DNA of 64,000 nucleotides from Woeseiaceae bacterium (GTDB lineage Bacteria; Pseudomonadota; Gammaproteobacteria; Steroidobacterales; Woeseiaceae). A program made the position numbers and the translations under genes. Shown piece by piece: positions 39,045-48,106 of this stretch; the stretch's first letter is position 1; each line of letters opens with the position of its first letter. A model generated the notes under the pieces. The model saw nothing but the letters and a program-made list of their open reading frames with translations, was not told the origin of the DNA and did not search any database. The DNA is taken from NCBI GenBank assembly GCA_021773035.1, contig JAJFKU010000052.1:8040-72039 (forward strand). The letters run 5' to 3'.

Positions 39045-40301
39045 ATGAAAACACAGTTATCTGACCACGGCGGGATATGCACCCAGGCTCTGCGAGGCAC
39101 GCTACTGGTGTTCGTTATCACATCGAGTGTTTTCCCCGCAACCGCCGACGGCGCGACACCGAACACGCAAGCAGAACCGACGCATATGTCAGAGGCACAG
39201 CGTTCTGCAGTTAAAAAACTGGTCGTCCTGCCGACCGAGACGCCCCCGGAAGGCGTCGTGACCGGTACCTTCCAGAAGGAAACTTACGGCGTACTCGATG
39301 GTATGGATGATGGTCGCAAGTACGGCAGAGGTATCTCAACCGATGTCGGCGGGGTCCGTGTTAGCTATCCGATTCCGATATTAACGTTGCCCGGCATGCT
39401 GCTCGGCGGGCTGACCGGTGGTACCAAGCGTGCGATCCAGGATTTTCGTGACGAGCTCACGGAGGATCTGGCGGAAGCGGCAGGACGCACGCTGACCAAC
39501 GATGCGCTGGCATCTGACGTCTTCTGGGGGCTGCGCAATGTCCCCACCCTGGATTCAAAGATATTCGCTCTGACGACACCGATTCCCGAAGACGTCGACG
39601 CCGTTTTGTTTGTCAGCATGACGGGCATACAGATTGAGGTGCAGGACAAGGAAGCTATAATCACCACGACCGGCAATGGCACGTTGCGCCGTATCAGCGA
39701 TGGGCAGGATATCTACACCGCCAGTGTATTTTACGAGGATAGAGATACGCTGGTCGACTGGACCAGGAACGATAATGCGGCGTGGCACGACTACGCTCAG
39801 TTCGCCCGGCACTATATCGGTCGTGAGATATCGGCCCAGATCGCGGAACGGGTCGACCTCAATCGGGATATGAAACCGATAGAATCCGAGAATGTCGATA
39901 CGGTCAAGAAGAACGACTGGCAGGGTGTCAGCAAAAACAGGATGCCTACGCTCGCCTGGCAGCACCAGCTACTGGGCGGTGATGCGAACGGTGTCCAGGC
40001 GGACGAGATCGGCGCATCAGATGTTTCCTACGAGATTGAAATATACGATTTGCATCAGCCCGTTTATTCAGCGAAAAACCTGCCTGAGGCCAAGCATGTG
40101 CTCCCCGTGGAACTGGACTGCAAGACCTATCGCTGGTCGGTACGGCCGGCATACCGTATTGACGGCGTCATGCAGTACGGTGACTGGATGAGATTCGATT
40201 CGGAGGCCGGAGGAAACGGCAATGTCGGTAGCAAAGCGTCCGAGCTGCCGGCCTATATCCGGGATTTCGCATCGCTGGAGATCAAATGCCGACGCCGCTA
40301 G
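39045..40301 (+). CDS. Hypothetical secreted protein
   Basis: Signal-like N-terminus (LRGTLLVFVITSSVFPATADG). No family recognised. Confidence 0.55.
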   Translation: MKTQLSDHGGICTQALRGTLLVFVITSSVFPATADGATPNTQAEPTHMSEAQRSAVKKLVVLPTETPPEGVVTGTFQKETYGVLDGMDDGRKYGRGISTDVGGVRVSYPIPILTLPGMLLGGLTGGTKRAIQDFRDELTEDLAEAAGRTLTNDALASDVFWGLRNVPTLDSKIFALTTPIPEDVDAVLFVSMTGIQIEVQDKEAIITTTGNGTLRRISDGQDIYTASVFYEDRDTLVDWTRNDNAAWHDYAQFARHYIGREISAQIAERVDLNRDMKPIESENVDTVKKNDWQGVSKNRMPTLAWQHQLLGGDANGVQADEIGASDVSYEIEIYDLHQPVYSAKNLPEAKHVLPVELDCKTYRWSVRPAYRIDGVMQYGDWMRFDSEAGGNGNVGSKASELPAYIRDFASLEIKCRRR

Positions 40302-40339
40302 TCGTTGACAGACGCCTGGCATAATCGACATATATTGAA

Positions 40340-41248
40340 GTGATCGAACGTCTTCCTTATCAGTTGTGTACGTTTTTCCGGCTGCGTTCCGGGAAGGGTG
40401 AGTCCCTGGCTTTGATCACGGTGCTCGAAACTGAAGGTTCGACCTACAGCAAGGCCGGCAGTCAGATGCTGGTTGATGAGAACGGCGATTTCCAGGGCAT
40501 GCTGTCTGGCGGTTGTCTTGAAGGCGACCTGGCGGAGCGCTCGGCAACGATCATGGCGAGCGGTGTTGCCGAAGTCATCACCTATGACCTGCGTTCCGAC
40601 GATGACGTATTCGGTCTTGGCGTTGGCTGTGAGGGAGTCCTGCGAATTCTGATCCAGCCCATCGTTGCCGCCGCCAGCTACGAACCTTTCGCCGGACTCG
40701 TTCGTGAGCTCGAACATGCGCGGAGCGTGGACTTCGTGCTTAACTGCGGTGCTACCGAGGTGGGTCATGCGCAGATTCTCGCGCCGCTGCGTCTGCTGAT
40801 ACTCGGTGCAGGGCAGGACGTCGAGCCGCTGCTGGCATTTACCGCCGCGCTTGGCTGGGAGGTTGCGATCTCCGATCACCGCCCGGCAGCGATCGCGCGG
40901 CTGGAAGCCGGCGCGTCGGCTTCGCTAGCCTGTGTCGCCGTTGACGAGATCGATTCGCATTTCGACCTGGGTCGATACGATGCGGTGATCGTCATGAGTC
41001 ATAACCTCAGCGCCGACAGAAGCTACCTCAGGACCCTGGCGAGGTCGCCGGTCGACTACATCGGTCTTCTGGGCCCGCCGCATCGACGCGACAGGCTCCT
41101 GGGGGAACTGGGCGAGGACGCACGGAAGCTGGATGGGCGACTGCACGGTCCTGTGGGAAGGCAAATCGGCGGTCGGGGTCCGGCGGCTATCGCACTGGAA
41201 ATCGCGGCGGAACTGCAGGCACGATTCTCACCCCCCGATCAACGTTGA
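40340..41248 (+). CDS. XdhC/CoxI-family molybdoenzyme maturation protein
   Basis: N-terminal XdhC_CoxI segment (ALITVLETEGSTYSKAGSQMLVDENGDFQGMLSGGCLE) and C-terminal Rossmann part (LLILGAGQDVEPL...GLLGP..R). GTG start. Confidence 0.85.
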   Translation: MIERLPYQLCTFFRLRSGKGESLALITVLETEGSTYSKAGSQMLVDENGDFQGMLSGGCLEGDLAERSATIMASGVAEVITYDLRSDDDVFGLGVGCEGVLRILIQPIVAAASYEPFAGLVRELEHARSVDFVLNCGATEVGHAQILAPLRLLILGAGQDVEPLLAFTAALGWEVAISDHRPAAIARLEAGASASLACVAVDEIDSHFDLGRYDAVIVMSHNLSADRSYLRTLARSPVDYIGLLGPPHRRDRLLGELGEDARKLDGRLHGPVGRQIGGRGPAAIALEIAAELQARFSPPDQR

Positions 41249-41841
41249 TGCAGGCGCCGTAAATCCTCCGGCGTGTCCACGTCGTAGCGGGCAAGAGGGG
41301 ATTTCACCGGGCGGACCGTGAATTCGTCGTTGCTCAACAATTGTTTCGCACCTGCGTCGCCGCTGAGCTGGCGAAGAGCGTCGAACGCCTTCGAGGGAAA
41401 CAGAATCGGAGGGCCGAGTACGTCATCGAACGACGATGCGACGATTTCGTCGTCCGCCCCCGACCACGCGTCGACGAGGTCATTCAGGTGAGATGCGTTG
41501 ATTCGCGGCTGGTCGCCAAGCAGGATAAGGATTGCATCCGAATCGTTCCGGCGGGCGTTGACGCCGATGGCAATACTGCTCCCGATGCCATCCCGGTAGT
41601 CGTCGTTGAGGATAATATTATCGCCAAGGTCTGCTGCCGCCGCGATGATCGCATCCCGGTCATGCCCGACAACGAGCGTTACGGCACCTGGAGAAATACC
41701 CTGAGCGGCTATCAGGGCGTGCTGCAGTAGCGGCTTTCCGTGCAGTTCCTGCGTGAGTTTCGTGGCGCCAAAGCGCCGCGAGCTTCCCGCGGCGAGCACA
41801 ATTGCGCTGATTACCGGTTTTGTCGCCTGCTTACTCTTCAT
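41239..41841 (-). CDS. MobA/MocA-like nucleotidyltransferase (molybdenum cofactor cytidylyl/guanylyl-transferase family)
   Basis: AIVLAAGSSRRFGATKL...LLGDQP motif set. The ATG at 41841 is preferred over the 279-aa ORF. Confidence 0.8.
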   Translation of the reverse strand: MKSKQATKPVISAIVLAAGSSRRFGATKLTQELHGKPLLQHALIAAQGISPGAVTLVVGHDRDAIIAAAADLGDNIILNDDYRDGIGSSIAIGVNARRNDSDAILILLGDQPRINASHLNDLVDAWSGADDEIVASSFDDVLGPPILFPSKAFDALRQLSGDAGAKQLLSNDEFTVRPVKSPLARYDVDTPEDLRRLHQR

Positions 41842-41953
41842 GACGGTAAATTCTGTCTTACGTCGGTGCGTCCTGTCCATCGAAACCTGGGGCCTCAATT
41901 GTGTAGAATCCTCAGGCTGTGCCCTGAACACCTCTACGACATAAGGAATCCCA

Positions 41954-42862
41954 ATGAGTATCAGACTGGATGGCCAGGTGGCGATCGTCACCGGCGCGGG
42001 TCGCGGTCTCGGCCGTAGCCACGCAATAGCGCTCGCCGAACGCGGTGCAAAGGTCGTTGTTAACGATCTCGGCGACAACGCCGGTCAGTCGGAAAACGCC
42101 CTGGCTGTGGTGAAGGAAATCGAGGCCGCCGGCGGCGAGGCGATAGCCAACGGCGCCAATGTCGCCAGCTACGAGCAGGTCGAGAACATGGTGAAAACCG
42201 CCATGGAGAAGTGGAGCCGGGTAGATATCCTGATAAACAACGCCGGCATACTGCGTGACAAGACTTTTCAGAAAATGTCGATGGATGACTTCCGCCTCGT
42301 AATCGACGTGCACCTGATCGGCTCGGCGAACTGCAGCAAAGCGGTTTGGGAAATCATGCGCGAACAGCACTATGGTCGCATCGTCTTCACGACTTCGAGC
42401 TCCGGTCTGTACGGTAACTTCGGGCAGTCCAACTACGGCGCCGCCAAAATGGCAATGGTCGGATTGATGAATACGCTGCATCTCGAGGGCGCAAAGTACG
42501 ATATCCGAGTGAACTGCCTGGCGCCGACGGCCGGAACCGCCATGACCGAAAGTCTGTATCCTGGAGCCATACTGGAACTGATGGCGCCCGAAGCCGTTAG
42601 CCCCGGCGTTGTTTTTCTATCCGGTCCCGACGCGCCGAGCCGCAAAGTGCTGAGCGCCGGTGGCGGGAGCTTCGCGATCTTCAAGGGCGTGGAAACGGAG
42701 GGTCTGAATCTGGCACCTGACGACGTGACGCCCGAGGGTATTGCAGCCGCATGGGACAGCATCGACAATGAGGCCGGCATGCGGGAGCTTAAGAGCGGCT
42801 TCGAGCAGCCGACCAAGTTTGCCGCGCAGGCTGCGAAAAAGCTCGGTCTTGACCTTACCTGA
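41954..42862 (+). CDS. SDR-family 3-hydroxyacyl-CoA dehydrogenase-like protein (MFE-2 type)
   Basis: VAIVTGAGRGLGRSHAIALAERGAKVVVNDLG, catalytic YGAAK, and ILINNAGILRD. Confidence 0.85.
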   Translation: MSIRLDGQVAIVTGAGRGLGRSHAIALAERGAKVVVNDLGDNAGQSENALAVVKEIEAAGGEAIANGANVASYEQVENMVKTAMEKWSRVDILINNAGILRDKTFQKMSMDDFRLVIDVHLIGSANCSKAVWEIMREQHYGRIVFTTSSSGLYGNFGQSNYGAAKMAMVGLMNTLHLEGAKYDIRVNCLAPTAGTAMTESLYPGAILELMAPEAVSPGVVFLSGPDAPSRKVLSAGGGSFAIFKGVETEGLNLAPDDVTPEGIAAAWDSIDNEAGMRELKSGFEQPTKFAAQAAKKLGLDLT

Positions 42863-42883
42863 TCACCGAATAGAGAGTTCGCC

Positions 42884-44065
42884 ATGAGACAAGCAGTTAT
42901 CGTATCGACCGCACGCACACCGATCGGCAAAGCCTATCGCGGTGCATTCAACAATACCGAGGCACCGACGCTCGGCGGGCATGCCGTTAAGCACGCCGTC
43001 GAACGTGCGGGAGTTGATCCCGCCGAGATCGACGATGTGATCATGGGATGTGCGATGCCGCAGGGGTCCCAGGGTGGCAACGTAGCGCGCCAGATCGCGC
43101 TTGCCGCCGGGCTGCCGGTAACGACGGCCGGGATGACGGTCGACCGACAGTGTTCATCGGGGATGATGGCCATCGCGCTTGCGGCGAAAACTGTCATCGC
43201 CGACGGCGTGGATATCATGGTTGGCGGTGGACTGGAGTCGATCAGCCTGGTGCAAAACGAGCACATGAACACTTTTCGAGCCAAGGATCCCCGTTTGCTC
43301 GAGCGTCATGAGCATATGTATATGCCCATGATCGATACAGCCGAAGTCGTAGCAGAGCGCTACAAGATTTCGCGCGAGGCGCAGGACGAGTACGCGCTGC
43401 AAAGCCAGCAGCGCACGGCAGCCGGCCAGGAAGCAGGCCGATTCGACGCAGAGATCGCGGCGATGCCGTCTGTGAAGGGCGTCATGGACAAAGAAAGCAA
43501 GGAAATCAGTTTCGAGGACGTTGTTCTCGAAAAGGACGAGGGCAATCGTCCCGGCACCAGTCTTGACGGGCTTGCTTCGCTGAATCCGGTCCGCGAAGGC
43601 GGTTTTATTACCGCCGGTAACGCGAGCCAGTTGTCGGATGGTGCCTCCGCCTGCGTGGTCATGGAAGCCGGTGTCGCCGAAAAACGCGGCTTGTCGCCGC
43701 TGGGGGTTTATCGCGGTACGGCAGTGGCAGGATGCGAGCCCGATGAGATGGGTATCGGGCCGGTTTTCGCTGTGCCCAAATTGCTGCAGCGCAACGGCTT
43801 GAGCATGAGTGATATCGATCTGTGGGAACTGAACGAAGCGTTTGCCGTGCAGGTATTGTACTGCCGTGACACGCTCGGTGTTCCGGATGACAGGCTCAAT
43901 GTCGACGGCGGCGCCATTTCCATTGGCCACCCGTACGGCATGTCCGGTGCGCGTATGGTGGGTCACGCGCTGATCGAGGGCAGGCGGCGCGGCGCTCGTT
44001 ACGTGGTCTGCACAATGTGCATCGGTGGCGGACAAGGTGCGGCGTCGCTGTTCGAAATCGCCTGA
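42884..44065 (+). CDS. Acetyl-CoA C-acyltransferase (thiolase)
   Basis: Active-site Cys context ([12 protein letters not shown]) and C-terminal thiolase signatures ([30 protein letters not shown]). Confidence 0.93.
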   Translation: MRQAVIVSTARTPIGKAYRGAFNNTEAPTLGGHAVKHAVERAGVDPAEIDDVIMGCAMPQGSQGGNVARQIALAAGLPVTTAGMTVDRQCSSGMMAIALAAKTVIADGVDIMVGGGLESISLVQNEHMNTFRAKDPRLLERHEHMYMPMIDTAEVVAERYKISREAQDEYALQSQQRTAAGQEAGRFDAEIAAMPSVKGVMDKESKEISFEDVVLEKDEGNRPGTSLDGLASLNPVREGGFITAGNASQLSDGASACVVMEAGVAEKRGLSPLGVYRGTAVAGCEPDEMGIGPVFAVPKLLQRNGLSMSDIDLWELNEAFAVQVLYCRDTLGVPDDRLNVDGGAISIGHPYGMSGARMVGHALIEGRRRGARYVVCTMCIGGGQGAASLFEIA

Positions 44066-45054
44066 TGAAGGCACTGCTTTGCAAGCAATACGGCCCACCC
44101 GAAACACTTGTCATTGAAGAACAGGATGAACCTTCAGCGGCTGCCGGACAGGTATTGATTGATGTTGCAGCAGCTGGAATCAACTTCCCCGATGTTCTGG
44201 CGATCGCCGGCAAGTACCAGGTCAGGACGCCACCGCCATTCATTCCGGGAAACGAGGCCGCCGGAATCGTTGCAGGCGTTGGTGCCGGCGTAACGAGATT
44301 CGCCGTGGGTGATAAGGTCATCGTCTATTCCTCAGGCGCCGCGTTTGCCGAAAAGTGTGTCGCCGATGAAAGCGCGACGACGCCTCTGCCTGAAGGGCTG
44401 AGCTTTGAACAGGGTGCCGGTCTCACCGTTACCTATGGCACCAGCTATCATGCGCTGTCGCAACGCGCCGATTTGCAGGCTGGTGAAACGGTACTGGTTC
44501 TGGGCGCTGCCGGCGGTGTCGGTATTACGGCGGTCGAGATCGCCAAGGCCATGGGCGCTCGGGTCATCGCGGCTGCCAGCAGCGACGAAAAACTGGAATT
44601 CGCCAAGCAGGCTGGCGCCGACGACCTCGTTAATTATTCCACACAGCCGCTGAAGGAAACCGTCAAGGAACTCACTGCCGGTAACGGGGCCGACGTTGTT
44701 TACGATCCGGTGGGCGGCGAACTGGCGGACCAGGCGTTTCGAGCGACGGCGTGGCAGGGCCGCTACCTGGTCGTCGGTTTTGCCAGCGGCGATATTCCCG
44801 AATTTCCGGCGAATATTGCGCTACTGAAAGAAGCGAGCATCGTCGGCGTCTGGTGGGGGACATGGGCGGCGAAGAATCCGCAGCTGCAGGCCGCTAATAT
44901 GCAGGCGCTGACTGCATTGCTTGCCAAGGGGGTAGTGACACCGCGGGTGACCGAGTCTTATGCGCTGGAGGATTTTCGGCAGGCGTTCGCCGCGATTACC
45001 GAGCGGCGTGCGCGCGGTAAGGTCATCCTGCGTTTCGCTGATTCCGCCGCCTGA
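44065..45054 (+). CDS. NADPH:quinone oxidoreductase / MDR-family zinc-type dehydrogenase
   Basis: INFPDVLAIAGKYQ...PFIPGNEAAGIV and LVLGAAGGVGITAV Rossmann loop. The ATG at 44065 overlaps the thiolase TGA. Confidence 0.88.
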   Translation: MKALLCKQYGPPETLVIEEQDEPSAAAGQVLIDVAAAGINFPDVLAIAGKYQVRTPPPFIPGNEAAGIVAGVGAGVTRFAVGDKVIVYSSGAAFAEKCVADESATTPLPEGLSFEQGAGLTVTYGTSYHALSQRADLQAGETVLVLGAAGGVGITAVEIAKAMGARVIAAASSDEKLEFAKQAGADDLVNYSTQPLKETVKELTAGNGADVVYDPVGGELADQAFRATAWQGRYLVVGFASGDIPEFPANIALLKEASIVGVWWGTWAAKNPQLQAANMQALTALLAKGVVTPRVTESYALEDFRQAFAAITERRARGKVILRFADSAA

Positions 45055-45128
45055 CTGTTACTTGCAAAACGAAAGCAATGTGACTAGGATTAAATTACTT
45101 GCAAAATAAAAGCAAATAAGGGGCTGCA

Positions 45129-45752
45129 ATGTTTCGCTTATACGGGTTTTATACACAGAACTCTCTGAAGACACTGTATGTGCTGGAGGAGTGCGGGGGG
45201 GAATACGAATTCGAGTTCGTGAATCTGTCAAAGGGCGAGCAGAGGAGCGACGCGTTCAGGGAGAAAACGCCGGTCGGCAAAGTACCGGTGCTGGAACACG
45301 AGGGTGAAACCCTCTTCGAGTCCGGCGCTATCTGTCGCTACGTCGCGAATGTCACTGATTCAGCGCTTTATCCGGCAGACAAAATGCAGCGGGCGCAGGT
45401 CGATCAGTGGATGGATTTTTTCTCTTGTCATCTCGGACGCTGGCTGACGAAACTCTATTTCGAGGCGGTCATCAAGCCGAACTTCGATCTCGGCGGGCCG
45501 GATGAGAGCGGCATCGAGGAAGCGAAAAAGTTCGCCGCTCAGCAATTGCGCATGCTGAATCGTCTTTTGGAGAATACCGACTGGGTTGCCAACGATAGTT
45601 TATCCATCGCCGACCTGTTCGCTTTTGCCTACGTCGAGCAGTGTCGGGCGGTCGATTTTTCGCTGGCCGAATACCCCAATGTTCAGGCTTGGTTTGAGCG
45701 TATCGAATCGCGGGACAGTATCGCTAAAGCGCGTGCGCGTTTGCCGCAGTGA
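45129..45752 (+). CDS. Glutathione S-transferase
   Basis: Thioredoxin-like N-domain (GKVPVLEHEGETLFESGAICRYV) plus a helical C-domain. Confidence 0.88.
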   Translation: MFRLYGFYTQNSLKTLYVLEECGGEYEFEFVNLSKGEQRSDAFREKTPVGKVPVLEHEGETLFESGAICRYVANVTDSALYPADKMQRAQVDQWMDFFSCHLGRWLTKLYFEAVIKPNFDLGGPDESGIEEAKKFAAQQLRMLNRLLENTDWVANDSLSIADLFAFAYVEQCRAVDFSLAEYPNVQAWFERIESRDSIAKARARLPQ

Positions 45753-46189
45753 ACACGCGTTTCTACATGTCGGTTGCTGGATACTTCGTCGTTACGATGG
45801 CGCTGGCATATCCCTGGCACATGGTATTTTTTCATGAGCAGTATCTCGCGATGGGAGCGTTCACCCGCGGCACACCGATAATGCCGTTCGGTATGCTGTC
45901 GGTCATTTTGCAGGCTATCGTCTTCGCCTATTTTTTTCCGCTCTTCCTGAAGCACAAGGGCGGTGGCAATACGCTTGTGCGTGGTATTCAGTTCAGTCTG
46001 TTTCTCGGGCTGACGGTGTATACGGTGATGGTGTTTGCGACGGCAGCGAAGTTCCTGATCGAGCCGGTAACGGACTTCGTGCTGTTCGGAACGGCATTCC
46101 AGTTTCTGCAATTTCTCTTCGTTGGCATAGTATTCGGAGTGATCCACAAACAAAAGGGGTCAGAGCCCTTTTTAGAAAAAGGGCTCTGA
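45749..46189 (+). CDS. Hypothetical 4-TM membrane protein
   Basis: Four hydrophobic helices. GTG start overlaps the GST stop. The last ~12 codons lie inside the hairpin element at 46152-46197. Confidence 0.65.
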   Translation: MNTRFYMSVAGYFVVTMALAYPWHMVFFHEQYLAMGAFTRGTPIMPFGMLSVILQAIVFAYFFPLFLKHKGGGNTLVRGIQFSLFLGLTVYTVMVFATAAKFLIEPVTDFVLFGTAFQFLQFLFVGIVFGVIHKQKGSEPFLEKGL

Positions 46190-46197
46190 CCCCTTTT
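46152..46197. terminator. Perfect 22-bp-arm hairpin between convergent genes (bidirectional terminator / REP-like element)
   Basis: AAAAGGGGTCAGAGCCCTTTTT-ag-AAAAAGGGCTCTGACCCCTTTT with A/T runs on both sides. A 16-nt piece recurs at 53693-53708. Confidence 0.75.
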
Positions 46198-47108
46198 CAC
46201 GACGGTGTCGTTCCCAGAAACTCGTTTTCGCGTGCTGCGAACGACTCAGACAGGAACTTTCTAAAAGCTCGATGCCTTGCGGCATCCCGCAGGTCCGGGT
46301 GCGAAAGCATCCAGATGTCGTAGTTTGCGAAGGGTTCGATGCCGGGAATACGGATGACGCCCGGTATCCTGTCACCGACGAAACAGGGCAGGGAAGCAAT
46401 GCCGATACCTGCCTGTACGCTGAACGCCTGCAGCATTGCGTTGTTGAAATGTCCATGGGCTGGTACATGCGAAAATGCTGATTCCTTCACCCACCAGGGG
46501 AAGGGCTCGTCGTCGTGCCACCCGATCCAGCGGGCGCTGGTGTTCTTTGACCAGGGGTCGTGCTTTTGTAAGTAGGATTCGGTCGCGTAGTAGCAGCTCG
46601 ACACGTTGACCAGCTTGCGGCCGACGAGGTCTTCCGGCGGATTCCGGCCATTGCCGATGAACCTCAGCGCGACATCGGCCTCGTGCCGGCTTAAATCGAA
46701 GACATCGTAGGAAATGGAGATTCGAAACTCGATTTCCGGGTACAGCTCGCTGAAGTTCGTGAGTTCCGTTGTCAGAAAATAGTTGGCGAGTATGTCCGAT
46801 GTCGTCACGTGAACACTGCCGGTCAGCCGGGCATCCTGGCCGTGTAAGCGGCGATTGGCGGTCAGAATGGCTTCTTCGGCAGCGAGCGCGGAAGCCATCA
46901 GGGTTTCGCCCGCCTCGGTGGGTCGGTAGCCTGTGAAGTCGCGATCGAAGAGTCGCACGCCCAGATCCTTTTCCAGCCGTTCGACACGGCGAACGACGGT
47001 TGAATGGCTCATCTTCATGGTGGTTGCCGCCGAGCGCGCGGAACCGTTGCGAACGAGCTCAAGAAACAAGCGCAGGTCGCCCCAGCGCATGGTCGAATTT
47101 TGCACCAA
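46197..47108 (-). CDS. LysR-family transcriptional regulator
   Basis: N-terminal HTH (LRLFLELVRNGSARSAATTMKMSHSTVVRRVERLEKDLGVRLFDR). An alternative ATG is at 47090. Confidence 0.9.
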   Translation of the reverse strand: MVQNSTMRWGDLRLFLELVRNGSARSAATTMKMSHSTVVRRVERLEKDLGVRLFDRDFTGYRPTEAGETLMASALAAEEAILTANRRLHGQDARLTGSVHVTTSDILANYFLTTELTNFSELYPEIEFRISISYDVFDLSRHEADVALRFIGNGRNPPEDLVGRKLVNVSSCYYATESYLQKHDPWSKNTSARWIGWHDDEPFPWWVKESAFSHVPAHGHFNNAMLQAFSVQAGIGIASLPCFVGDRIPGVIRIPGIEPFANYDIWMLSHPDLRDAARHRAFRKFLSESFAARENEFLGTTPS

Positions 47109-47186
47109 TATGTCTCCTTTAATGGTCTGGTGGTGGAGTATTAGTCCATGTACCGTTGGCTTTCGTCAAGTCACTGAGGCAGGCAT

Positions 47187-47591
47187 ATGGCAGCCGTTCG
47201 CGGTCCGGCCCCCGGGTTTCATCGTCACCCGGATCACAGCATCCGCATCCACAAGGCCACCGGGCGCTGGCGTGCCCTGGATGGCGACAGGCTGCTGGCG
47301 GAGTCGCACAATGCCCGAATTCTGGAAGAGTCCGGCTATGGCGCGGTCGTCTATTTTCCAGGTTCGGATGTCCGGGATGAAGCGTTGGCTGTCAGTCCGT
47401 CGGAGACAAGCTGCCCTTTCAAGGGACGGGCGCGCTATTTCCGTTCTGTTGCCAATCCCGGTGGCCCCGACATCGCCTGGAGCTACCCCGGCACCTACGA
47501 GGAAGTCGTCGACATAGAGGGCTTTATTGCTTTTTACGCCGATCGTATTTCGCTCGAACACACTAAACCTGAAGCACCTGAGGACAGTTAA
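47187..47591 (+). CDS. DUF427-domain protein
   Basis: Pattern ...VVYFPGSDV...TSCPFKGRARYF...IAWSYP...IEGFIAFY matches my recollection of DUF427. Confidence 0.75.
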   Translation: MAAVRGPAPGFHRHPDHSIRIHKATGRWRALDGDRLLAESHNARILEESGYGAVVYFPGSDVRDEALAVSPSETSCPFKGRARYFRSVANPGGPDIAWSYPGTYEEVVDIEGFIAFYADRISLEHTKPEAPEDS

Positions 47592-48064
47592 TGGCCAAGC
47601 TAATTCTGAGTAAGCGAGTCAATGCAACAATCGAAGACGTCTGGAATAGCTGGAACGACTTCGGAAACATCTACAAATACAATCCCGCTCTGCGCGCATC
47701 GAGGTTGCTGGGCAACCCGGACGTGGCGACGCGAGTTGGGACGCAGCGCCAGTGTGATATGGCAGACGGCAGGAACTGGATACGCGAGGAGATTATCGAT
47801 TACCGGCGAGGCGAACTGATCAAGCTCGATGTTTACGATGGCACGATGCCGTTGAAATCAATGGTGGTCGATATCGAGTTCGAGGAGATTTCGACGCTTC
47901 GCACGAGGGTTCGATTTACCGCGGAGTTCGAGCCGAAGTTCGGTCTCGTGGGGAGGCTCATGGCGCCTCTGATGAAGCGTCAGTTCGAACCGATGCTGCA
48001 GGCGCTGCTGGATGCCAATGCCGACTACGTTGAGAATGGCAAAGAGGTGGCCATGGCCGCGTAA
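47591..48064 (+). CDS. SRPBCC (polyketide cyclase/dehydrase-like) family protein
   Basis: 157-aa protein; VEDVWNSWNDFGNIYKYNP pattern. TAATG overlap with the DUF427 gene. Confidence 0.75.
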   Translation: MAKLILSKRVNATIEDVWNSWNDFGNIYKYNPALRASRLLGNPDVATRVGTQRQCDMADGRNWIREEIIDYRRGELIKLDVYDGTMPLKSMVVDIEFEEISTLRTRVRFTAEFEPKFGLVGRLMAPLMKRQFEPMLQALLDANADYVENGKEVAMAA

Positions 48065-48106
48065 GCAGGTAATATCGGGTATTCGCCGACACTCTGGGAA
48101 TACCCG

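Noticed and set aside
40298-40879. 193-aa minus-strand ORF
   Set aside because: It is antisense to the XdhC-family gene and has no recognisable features.
43154-44107. 317-aa minus-strand ORF (also 43896-44321)
   Set aside because: It is antisense to the thiolase and QOR genes, whose signatures are unambiguous.
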